This document shows, one piece after another, positions 1-5,427 of a stretch of DNA of 5,427 nt (positions are counted from its first letter, which is position 1; the number at the start of each line of letters is the position of its first letter). Both the position numbers and the translations under genes were made by a program. The notes beneath the pieces are model-generated. The model worked only from the letters and a program-made list of their open reading frames with translations. It did no database searches and was not told the DNA's origin. This stretch comes from a virus (taxonomy: Duplodnaviria; Heunggongvirae; Uroviricota; Caudoviricetes), in IMG/VR virus record IMGVR_UViG_3300030381_000336; one strand, given 5' to 3'.

Positions 1-484
1 AATTGTTTCCTTTACCTGCATATACCCAGCTGGTACGGAAAATAAGGTGCTTCGCACAATGCTCTTGTAATGCTTTTTCTCCAGCTAACTTGGTTTCACC
101 GTAAACATTTAGCGGTGCGGTTGCATCCGTCTCCAGCCATGGCGTGTCGCCATTTCCAGGGAATACGTAGTCAGTTGAGTAATGAATTACCCAAGCCCCA
201 ACTTCATTAGCCGCTTTTGCAATTGATTCAACACTAGTCGCATTGAGTAATTGTGCAAATTCGGGTTCTGACTCAGCCTTATCTACTGCGGTATGAGCAG
301 CAGCATTAACAATAACATCAGGGCGAATTTTTTTGACGGTTTCAGCCACACCTTCGGGGTTGCTGAAATCTCCACAATAATCAGTGGAGTGAACATCAAG
401 AGCAATCAAATTACCTAAAGGTGCCAAAGCACGCTGTAGTTCCCAACCTACCTGCCCTGTTTTGCCGAAAAGGAGGATATTCAT
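1..484 (-). CDS. rfbD: dTDP-4-dehydrorhamnose reductase (RmlD/RfbD), 5' portion only (about 161 codons); the 3' end of the gene lies beyond the window start
   Basis: Hand translation of the minus strand from ATG (revcomp of 482..484) gives [36 protein letters not shown], which matches the RmlD N-terminus as I recall it. The frame stays open to position 1. Position downstream of rfbB fits the usual rmlB-rmlD-rmlA-rmlC order. Not in the ORF track as a minus-strand ORF, presumably because it is truncated by the window edge. Confidence 0.88.
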   Translation of the reverse strand, partial: MNILLFGKTGQVGWELQRALAPLGNLIALDVHSTDYCGDFSNPEGVAETVKKIRPDVIVNAAAHTAVDKAESEPEFAQLLNATSVESIAKAANEVGAWVIHYSTDYVFPGNGDTPWLETDATAPLNVYGETKLAGEKALQEHCAKHLIFRTSWVYAGKGNN

Positions 485-1569
485 TACTGGCGGCCCTCAT
501 AGTTCTGTTCAATCCACGATTGATAGGCACCACTTTTCACATTATCAACCCATTTTGTATTGGACAGGTACCATTCCACTGTCTTCCGAATCCCGCTCTC
601 AAACGTTTCCTGCGGTTTCCAGCCCAATTCGCGGCTAATCTTCTCTGCATCAATCGCATAACGGCGATCGTGTCCCGGGCGATCGGCAACATAAGTAATT
701 TGCTCGCGGTAAGATTTCTCTTTCGGTACAATCTCATCCAGCAAATCACAAATAGTGAGCACTACATCGATGTTTTTCTTTTCGTTGTGTCCACCAATGT
801 TATAAGTTTCACCCGCTTTACCTTCGGTTACGACGGTATATAACGCACGCGCATGATCTTCAACATACAGCCAGTCACGAATTTGATCCCCTTTGCCATA
901 AATAGGTAATGCCTTACTTTCCAGAGCATTAAGAATTACTAGTGGAATCAATTTTTCCGGAAAGTGATAAGGACCGTAGTTATTCGAACAGTTAGTCACA
1001 ATGGTCGGTAAACCATAGGTACGTTTCCACGCGCGGACTAAATGATCGCTGGATGCTTTTGAAGCGGAATAAGGGCTGCTTGGCGCGTAAGCTGTTGTCT
1101 CTGTAAATAAGGGTAATTCTTCTGTATTATTTACCTCGTCAGGATGAGGCAAATCACCATAGACTTCGTCAGTAGAAATATGATGAAAACGGAAGCTAGT
1201 TTTCTTGTCGCTATCAAGAGCAGACCAATAATTGCGAGCGGCTTCCAAAAGGACATATGTACCAACAATATTGGTTTCAATAAATGCCGCAGGACCTGTA
1301 ATTGAACGGTCAACATGGCTTTCAGCAGCCAGGTGCATCACTGCATCTGGCTGATGCTGAGCAAAAATCCGTGCCATTGCAGCTGCATCGCAAATATCCG
1401 CATGTTCAAAAACATAGCGTTCAGAATCAGAAACATCAGCAAGTGATTCCAGGTTTCCGGCGTACGTTAATTTATCGACATTAACAACACTATCCTGCGT
1501 ATTATTTATAATGTGACGAACTACAGCAGAACCAATAAATCCTGCGCCACCAGTAACAAGTATTTTCAC
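484..1569 (-). CDS. rfbB: dTDP-glucose 4,6-dehydratase (RmlB/RfbB), complete, 361 aa, GTG start
   Basis: ORF track 484..1569 minus. N-terminal Rossmann motif GGAGFIGS and catalytic YxxxK (PYSASK) of the extended SDR family are visible. Length and sequence match E. coli RfbB as I recall it. Start codon is GTG (revcomp of 1567..1569 'cac'); an upstream in-frame-looking ATG is followed immediately by TAA. Stop TAA at 486..484. Confidence 0.95.
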   Translation of the reverse strand: MKILVTGGAGFIGSAVVRHIINNTQDSVVNVDKLTYAGNLESLADVSDSERYVFEHADICDAAAMARIFAQHQPDAVMHLAAESHVDRSITGPAAFIETNIVGTYVLLEAARNYWSALDSDKKTSFRFHHISTDEVYGDLPHPDEVNNTEELPLFTETTAYAPSSPYSASKASSDHLVRAWKRTYGLPTIVTNCSNNYGPYHFPEKLIPLVILNALESKALPIYGKGDQIRDWLYVEDHARALYTVVTEGKAGETYNIGGHNEKKNIDVVLTICDLLDEIVPKEKSYREQITYVADRPGHDRRYAIDAEKISRELGWKPQETFESGIRKTVEWYLSNTKWVDNVKSGAYQSWIEQNYEGRQ

Positions 1570-1644
1570 CTAATTTATTCCATATTGCTTCAGAGCATGC
1601 TGTGAAATAAGCGGCTCTCAGTTTGATTAATAGAAGTATTAATG

Positions 1645-1683
1645 CACGCTACCGCCCCTGGCTTTACAGCTACCAGAGCACTG
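1645..1683 (-). promoter_or_regulatory. JUMPstart element (39 bp) in the untranslated leader of the O-antigen operon
   Basis: Plus-strand 1645..1683 'cacgctaccgcccctggctttacagctaccagagcactg' is the exact reverse complement of the canonical JUMPstart sequence CAGTGCTCTGGTAGCTGTAAAGCCAGGGGCGGTAGCGTG. It lies about 75-115 nt upstream of the rfbB start on the coding strand. Confidence 0.9.
1649..1656 (-). promoter_or_regulatory. ops element (GGCGGTAG), the RfaH recruitment site within JUMPstart
   Basis: Minus-strand GGCGGTAG is the reverse complement of plus 1649..1656 'ctaccgcc'. ops is the established non-template-strand signal that loads RfaH onto paused RNA polymerase in long polysaccharide operons. 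Confidence 0.88.
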
Positions 1684-1840
1684 CATGCATGCCTACGATG
1701 TGACGAGCGTTACCCACTCGCGCTAAACCCGAAAAATTCAAAAGCTAATTGTCTTACCAATCCGCTCTGGAAACAAGGAAAATCCTGGAAAACTTTGACT
1801 AAAATCCTATTGCTAACTCGTTGTTATTCTGATTGTTTAT
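1684..1840 (-). promoter_or_regulatory. Region expected to contain the O-antigen (rfb) operon promoter, upstream of JUMPstart; exact -35/-10 not assigned
   Basis: Positional inference: the rfb promoter in E. coli, Shigella and Salmonella lies just upstream of JUMPstart in the galF-rfbB spacer. Minus-strand candidates such as TTGTTT-(17)-GACAAT are weak and I cannot choose among them by eye. Confidence 0.35.
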
Positions 1841-1903
1841 ATAAAACAACGGCAGGAATATTCGCAACAAATTACTTTCGCCACGAATCCTCACTGCCGT
1901 TAT
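1839..1903 (-). terminator. Candidate structured element or intrinsic terminator downstream of galF: 8-bp inverted repeat with nested 5-bp stem, followed by a U-rich tract on the minus strand
   Basis: Arms at plus 1848..1855 'aacggcag' and 1894..1901 'ctgccgtt' are exact reverse complements. A nested pair is at 1860..1864 'attcg' and 1884..1888 'cgaat'. On the minus strand the second arm is followed by GTTTTATAT (revcomp of 1839..1847). The loop is large (38 nt), so this is not a textbook terminator. Confidence 0.25.
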
Positions 1904-1941
1904 AATTTTCTTATCAACCGTTACATCCGGTCAGATTTTCA

Positions 1942-2835
1942 TTATTCGCTTAACAGCTTCTCAATACCTTTACGGAACTTCGCCCCTTCTTTGAGGTTGC
2001 GTAGTCCATACTTCACAAACGCCTGCATATAGCCCATTTTTTTACCGCAGTCGTAACTGTCGCCGGTCATCAGCATTGCATCAACGGACTGTTTTTTCGC
2101 CAGCTCAGCAATTGCATCTGTCAGCTGAATACGTCCCCACGCACCAGGCTGAGTACGTTCAAGTTCCGGCCAAATATCGGCAGAAAGCACATAGCGACCA
2201 ACGGCCATGATGTCTGAGTCCAGCGTCTGCGGCTGATCCGGTTTTTCGATAAATTCAACAATGCGGCTGACTTTACCTTCGCGATCCAGTGGTTCTTTGG
2301 TCTGGATGACGGAGTATTCAGAGAGGTCACCCGGCATACGTTTTGCCAGCACTTGGCTACGGCCCGTTTCATTGAAGCGCGCAATCATGGCAGCAAGGTT
2401 GTAGCGCAGCGGGTCGGCGCTGGCGTCGTCGATCACTACGTCTGGCAGTACCACGACAAATGGGTTGTCACCAATGGCGGGGCGTGCACACAAAATGGAG
2501 TGGCCTAAACCTAAAGGTTCGCCCTGACGCACGTTCATAATAGTCACGCCCGGCGGGCAGATAGATTGCACTTCCGCCAGTAGTTGACGCTTCACGCGCT
2601 GTTCAAGGAGAGATTCTAATTCATAAGAGGTGTCGAAGTGGTTTTCGACCGCGTTCTTGGACGCGTGAGTTACCAGGAGGATTTCTTTGATCCCTGCAGC
2701 CACAATCTCGTCAACAATGTACTGAATCATTGGCTTGTCGACGATCGGTAGCATCTCTTTGGGAATCGCCTTAGTGGCAGGCAACATATGCATCCCAAGA
2801 CCTGCTACCGGTATAACTGCTTTTAAATTCGTCAT
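1942..2835 (-). CDS. galF: GalF, UTP-glucose-1-phosphate uridylyltransferase paralogue (GalU-like), complete, 297 aa
   Basis: ORF track 1942..2835 minus, ATG start and TAA stop confirmed by hand. The N-terminal motif reads [12 protein letters not shown], where GalU has GLGTRMLPATK. The MH substitution is the GalF hallmark. Position between the wca genes and rfbB matches the known locus layout. Confidence 0.93.
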   Translation of the reverse strand: MTNLKAVIPVAGLGMHMLPATKAIPKEMLPIVDKPMIQYIVDEIVAAGIKEILLVTHASKNAVENHFDTSYELESLLEQRVKRQLLAEVQSICPPGVTIMNVRQGEPLGLGHSILCARPAIGDNPFVVVLPDVVIDDASADPLRYNLAAMIARFNETGRSQVLAKRMPGDLSEYSVIQTKEPLDREGKVSRIVEFIEKPDQPQTLDSDIMAVGRYVLSADIWPELERTQPGAWGRIQLTDAIAELAKKQSVDAMLMTGDSYDCGKKMGYMQAFVKYGLRNLKEGAKFRKGIEKLLSE

Positions 2836-2974
2836 TCTTTTCCTACCTCTAAGTGGCTGATAGTGCGTAAATTATTGCCATAGGTTAGCCAAACGTTATG
2901 GCTATATACCAAAGCTTAGTTCCGCATAACTTTGATTAAACCTTACGATAACACTACACACCATCAGCATCTGG

Positions 2975-2992
2975 GTTACTCGGATTACTCGG
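2975..2992. repeat. Tandem 9-bp direct repeat (gttactcgg / attactcgg) in the gne-galF spacer, ending in a short palindrome ggaattcc
   Basis: Read directly: 2975..2983 'gttactcgg' and 2984..2992 'attactcgg' (8 of 9 identical). 2991..2998 'ggaattcc' is palindromic. Function unknown. Confidence 0.5.
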
Positions 2993-3001
2993 AATTCCGC
3001 A

Positions 3002-3021
3002 TACTGATAATTTAATCAGTA
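3002..3021. promoter_or_regulatory. Perfect 7-bp inverted repeat (tactgat-aattta-atcagta) in the galF upstream region; possible protein-binding palindrome or small hairpin
   Basis: Read directly: 3002..3008 'tactgat' and 3015..3021 'atcagta' are exact reverse complements, separated by a 6-nt AT-only loop. It lies about 170-185 nt upstream of the galF ATG on the coding strand. No T-tract follows on the minus strand, so it is unlikely to be an intrinsic terminator for gne. Confidence 0.3.
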
Positions 3022-3077
3022 CCTCTTTCCGAATAATCGTAGTCCAACCTGGTCCTTTTTTCTCTGACTCGTCTGCA

Positions 3078-4073
3078 TTACTCAGAAACAAACGTTATGT
3101 CGTCTTTTTTGGCATGAACGAATTCATACTGCAGAGTTCGATCCAGACCTTGCGACAGCGTATACGGTGCCACAAAACCTGAAGAATGCACTTTCGTTGC
3201 GTCAAACTGTGTTGTTGCGCAGAATTTTTTCACGCGCACAGAGCTGACAGCGTATTTTTTGCCCGTAATTTTGCTCAGGATATCAAAGCAATATCCACCC
3301 AACATTCCTAGTGGGTAAGGCAAGTGCATAGAAGGGATCTTTTTGTTCAGACTTTGTTCAACTTCAGCAACCAACTGGTTCATGTTCAGATCTGGCTTAT
3401 CAACGTAATTATAAACCTCATAACCTGCGGCAACATTCTTCAGTTTGTACTTGATAAACTCAACAATGTTTCCAACATAAGCCATGGACTTATAGTTAGT
3501 CCCTGCGCCCACCATCATAAACTTGCCGCCAGCGATCTGTTTCAGCAAATTATAGACGTTACCGCGGTTGCGTTCACCGAAGATAACGGTAGGACGGATG
3601 ATGGTTAATGAACGTTCTGTTGGTGCTTTGTTATACCATTCACGCAGCACTTCCTCTGCCTGCCACTTACTTTTGCCGTAGTGGTTGAAAGGATCGTGTG
3701 GATGGTTTTCGTCAGGGTTGTGTTTGTTCAAACCATAAACAGCAACGGAACTGGTAAAGATGATATTTTTAACGCCATTTTTTTCCATGGCCGCCAGCAC
3801 ATTGCGGGTACCCTGAACGTTGACATCATAATAGAGAGAAGTAGGGCTGACGTCATCGCGGTGTTCCGCTGCCAGTAGTACAACAGTGTCAAAACCGGCT
3901 AACGCCTGGTCGAGTGCCTGTTGATCACGAACATCGCCAATCTGTGTGATTTCTGGATAAAAGTGGCTCTGCTGTTTGTCCAGGTTCTTGATATTAAAGT
4001 CAGCAATTGCCGTTTCAAGTAGTCGGGTTCCTACGAATCCGGAAGCTCCTATGAGCAAAACGTTATCGTTCAT
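3078..4073 (-). CDS. gne: NAD-dependent sugar-nucleotide 4-epimerase of the Gne family (UDP-N-acetylglucosamine 4-epimerase, extended SDR), complete, 331 aa
   Basis: ORF track 3078..4073 minus, ATG start and TAA stop confirmed by hand. N-terminal GxxGxxG (GASGFVG) and catalytic YxxxK (YGKSK) are present. It is clearly different from GalE proper. The N-terminus MNDNVLLIGASGFVGTRLLE and the 331-aa length match what I recall of the gne/Z3206-type gene found between wcaM and galF in E. coli strains with GalNAc-containing O-antigens. Confidence 0.8.
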   Translation of the reverse strand: MNDNVLLIGASGFVGTRLLETAIADFNIKNLDKQQSHFYPEITQIGDVRDQQALDQALAGFDTVVLLAAEHRDDVSPTSLYYDVNVQGTRNVLAAMEKNGVKNIIFTSSVAVYGLNKHNPDENHPHDPFNHYGKSKWQAEEVLREWYNKAPTERSLTIIRPTVIFGERNRGNVYNLLKQIAGGKFMMVGAGTNYKSMAYVGNIVEFIKYKLKNVAAGYEVYNYVDKPDLNMNQLVAEVEQSLNKKIPSMHLPYPLGMLGGYCFDILSKITGKKYAVSSVRVKKFCATTQFDATKVHSSGFVAPYTLSQGLDRTLQYEFVHAKKDDITFVSE

Positions 4074-4174
4074 AAATCACTTTAGTCTGGTTGTTACGTA
4101 AGAAACACAAGATAAAGATGAGTACCTTCCCTGAGTAGTCAATGCTGCCCAGCCCCAGCTTTAACAGTTAGTGT

Positions 4175-4205
4175 GAGGATTATAATCTTTTAGAACATTA
4201 TATCC
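4175..4205 (-). promoter_or_regulatory. Candidate promoter elements for gne: two perfect TATAAT hexamers on the minus strand in the wcaM-gne spacer
   Basis: Minus-strand TATAAT at plus 4197..4202 ('attata') and at 4179..4184, the latter inside the 10-bp palindrome 'gattataatc' (4178..4187). Neither has a good -35 hexamer at 16-18 bp spacing. A TTGACT -35-like hexamer lies further downstream without a good -10. Confidence 0.3.
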
Positions 4206-4230
4206 AGTAAGTTTATGAATGGTCGCAAAT

Positions 4231-5427
4231 CTACTCTCTCCGTTCCGGCAATCTAAAGTTAATCTTTTCCACATTAACAATATGGTGATTAATCCTGTCG
4301 ATATCGACGGAGCTTTGTCCTTTTTCATTCACCGCATGAACATTTGCAAGTGACAGCAGTGTTTCTTTTTTCGCCATAAACACGCCGCGAACGTCTTTGC
4401 GCATGTCGAAGTTCATGCTCAATGCTGGTCCAACTGAGGATTCCTGCATCACTTTGATATTACGCATAAAAAGATGTTGCGGTTTATTGTGAAGCTCCAG
4501 CGAGGCACGCTTCATCTCAATGTTAGTCAGCGCCACAAAGGAGACAGCATTCCCGGCGGAGATTTGGATGCCGCGCAATTTATAAGCAAGATGGGTGTTA
4601 TCCAGTTGAATATTATTCACTCGGAAATTTTGCGGTATCGAGAGATATTTGCCTTTAATTACCCCATAGCCGATTAACATCCCGGCGCTATTAATCATTT
4701 CAATATTATCAATCACGAAATTGTCACAACCGTAAATAGCGACTGTGGCGTTATCAATACCTGCTTTCTTACTGAAATCCGGTGTGATATTGCGGGCTTT
4801 GATATTACGAATAACAAAATGTTTACCATTTTCAACATGGATCAACTGCCGACAATCCGATCCCGTGATATTCGCCACGACAAAGTTTTTCACTGCCTGG
4901 TCTTCCGGGTAATTATTATCGTAAGTGCTTCCCGCAAGGCCTATGCCGATGCCCCAGTTGATTTTGCCGTTGGTACAGTTGATGCGCTCGATGACATGGT
5001 CAGATATCAAAATATCACTGTCGTTAATCGCCACGTTCCATTCAATAGCGTCCCCCTGTAAGTCGCTGAACTTACAATTGGTGATGTTGGCACCGATAAT
5101 CTGGTTATGAAATCCCTGGCGTAAGATGGCGTAATTAGCGTGGCTGACAGTGAGGTTATCGATGGTCAGGTTGCGCATGACCCGTTTGTTTTTGCCGCCG
5201 ATATAAATCTGCGTTACCGGGCCAAAGCCGCTCATCGCCAGCCCTTTGATGGTGCAGTCAGAACCACGCACATCCAGGGTGATGTTATGCATACTGCCGC
5301 CCTCCTCCCCTGTCACCTGGCTGCCGTCCTGTAAGACAAATCGCCCTCTGCCGTTGCCGCGCAGGCTTCCAAGGATGTGTAACGTTTTGCCAGGAGGAAT
5401 GAAGATGCCGGTGTTGATATTGTCACA
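4231..5427 (-). CDS. wcaM: Colanic acid biosynthesis protein WcaM, C-terminal about 398 codons; the N-terminus lies beyond the window end
   Basis: ORF track 4231..5316 minus; the listed start is a GTG (revcomp of 5314..5316) and is only apparent. I translated 5317..5427 in the same frame by hand ([37 protein letters not shown]) with no stop, so the ORF runs off the window. The protein shows periodic N-x-x-I/V-x-N-I/L repeats typical of a right-handed parallel beta-helix and matches E. coli WcaM as I recall it. Stop TAG at 4233..4231. Confidence 0.85.
   Translation of the reverse strand, partial: CDNINTGIFIPPGKTLHILGSLRGNGRGRFVLQDGSQVTGEEGGSMHNITLDVRGSDCTIKGLAMSGFGPVTQIYIGGKNKRVMRNLTIDNLTVSHANYAILRQGFHNQIIGANITNCKFSDLQGDAIEWNVAINDSDILISDHVIERINCTNGKINWGIGIGLAGSTYDNNYPEDQAVKNFVVANITGSDCRQLIHVENGKHFVIRNIKARNITPDFSKKAGIDNATVAIYGCDNFVIDNIEMINSAGMLIGYGVIKGKYLSIPQNFRVNNIQLDNTHLAYKLRGIQISAGNAVSFVALTNIEMKRASLELHNKPQHLFMRNIKVMQESSVGPALSMNFDMRKDVRGVFMAKKETLLSLANVHAVNEKGQSSVDIDRINHHIVNVEKINFRLPERRE

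Noticed and set aside
421-843. Plus-strand 140-aa ORF overlapping the rfbD/rfbB junction
   Set aside because: Lies entirely antisense to two confidently identified genes (rfbD, rfbB). The translation is low-complexity and hydrophobic with no recognisable motif. Typical shadow ORF.
537-1484. Short ORFs 537..749 (-), 1131..1316 (-) and 1302..1484 (+) inside rfbB
   Set aside because: Out-of-frame or antisense overlaps within the rfbB coding region, with no start-site context or motifs. Spurious.
1642-1905. Plus-strand 87-aa ORF in the galF-rfbB spacer, starting inside the JUMPstart element
   Set aside because: It is on the opposite strand to every gene in the locus and overlaps the well-defined JUMPstart/ops leader and the likely promoter region. 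The translation is Cys/Trp-rich with no motif. Most likely a chance ORF in AT-rich non-coding DNA, though only transcript or ribosome profiling data could fully exclude a small protein.
2121-2384. Minus-strand 87-aa ORF inside galF in another frame
   Set aside because: Alternative frame of the galF coding region; the galF frame is the one with family motifs and full length.
3041-3063. Weak stem followed by a T6 run on the plus strand (agtccaacctggtcc-tttttt), just after the gne stop
   Set aside because: The T-run is on the plus strand, where no gene is transcribed into it. On the coding (minus) strand it reads as an A-run, which does not act as an intrinsic terminator. The stem is only 3-5 bp.
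3324-3878. Plus-strand ORFs 3324..3608 and 3681..3878 antisense to gne
   Set aside because: Shadow ORFs opposite a gene with clear SDR motifs; no independent support.
3078-4073. Alternative calls for the 331-aa SDR protein: GalE (UDP-glucose 4-epimerase) or a GDP-fucose synthase (WcaG-like)
   Set aside because: Its sequence differs substantially from E. coli GalE (different N-terminal segment around the glycine motif) and it lacks the layout of Fcl/WcaG. Position between wcaM and galF and the recalled N-terminus fit Gne. Substrate specificity still cannot be proven from sequence alone.
4474-5334. Plus-strand ORFs 4474..4677, 4819..5061, 4925..5110 and 5140..5334 antisense to wcaM
   Set aside because: Short antisense ORFs within a confidently assigned gene; they overlap each other in different frames. 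Spurious.
1-5427. Search for a novel defence or other undescribed system, CRISPR repeats, integrase or IS elements, tRNA or rRNA
   Set aside because: Essentially the entire window is accounted for by five recognisable polysaccharide-biosynthesis genes and three short spacers. No repeat-spacer arrays, no transposase- or integrase-like ORFs and no tRNA-like structures were seen. Claiming a novel system here would not be supported.

Overview
This window is the well-known junction between the colanic acid (wca) locus and the O-antigen (rfb/rml) locus of an Escherichia coli / Shigella-type enterobacterial chromosome. I do not see a novel or undescribed system here. All five genes are on the minus strand, in transcription order from high to low coordinates: wcaM (5' end off the window, 4231..5427), a Gne-family UDP-GlcNAc 4-epimerase (3078..4073), galF (1942..2835), rfbB/rmlB (484..1569) and rfbD/rmlD (1..484, 3' end off the window). 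The galF-rfbB spacer carries an exact 39-bp JUMPstart element with the ops motif GGCGGTAG (1645..1683, minus strand). Gene calls rest on my own translation of the ORF track and on recalled family motifs and protein sequences, not on any database search. The points worth a second look are modest: the strain-variable gne gene between wcaM and galF (absent at this position in E. coli K-12 as I recall it), the degenerate GalF active-site motif, a GTG start and one-nucleotide stop/start overlap at rfbB-rfbD, and several small repeats and promoter-like hexamers in the three spacers. I found no CRISPR array, tRNA/rRNA or mobile element. All other ORFs in the six-frame track are short overlaps on the opposite strand or out of frame and are treated as spurious.
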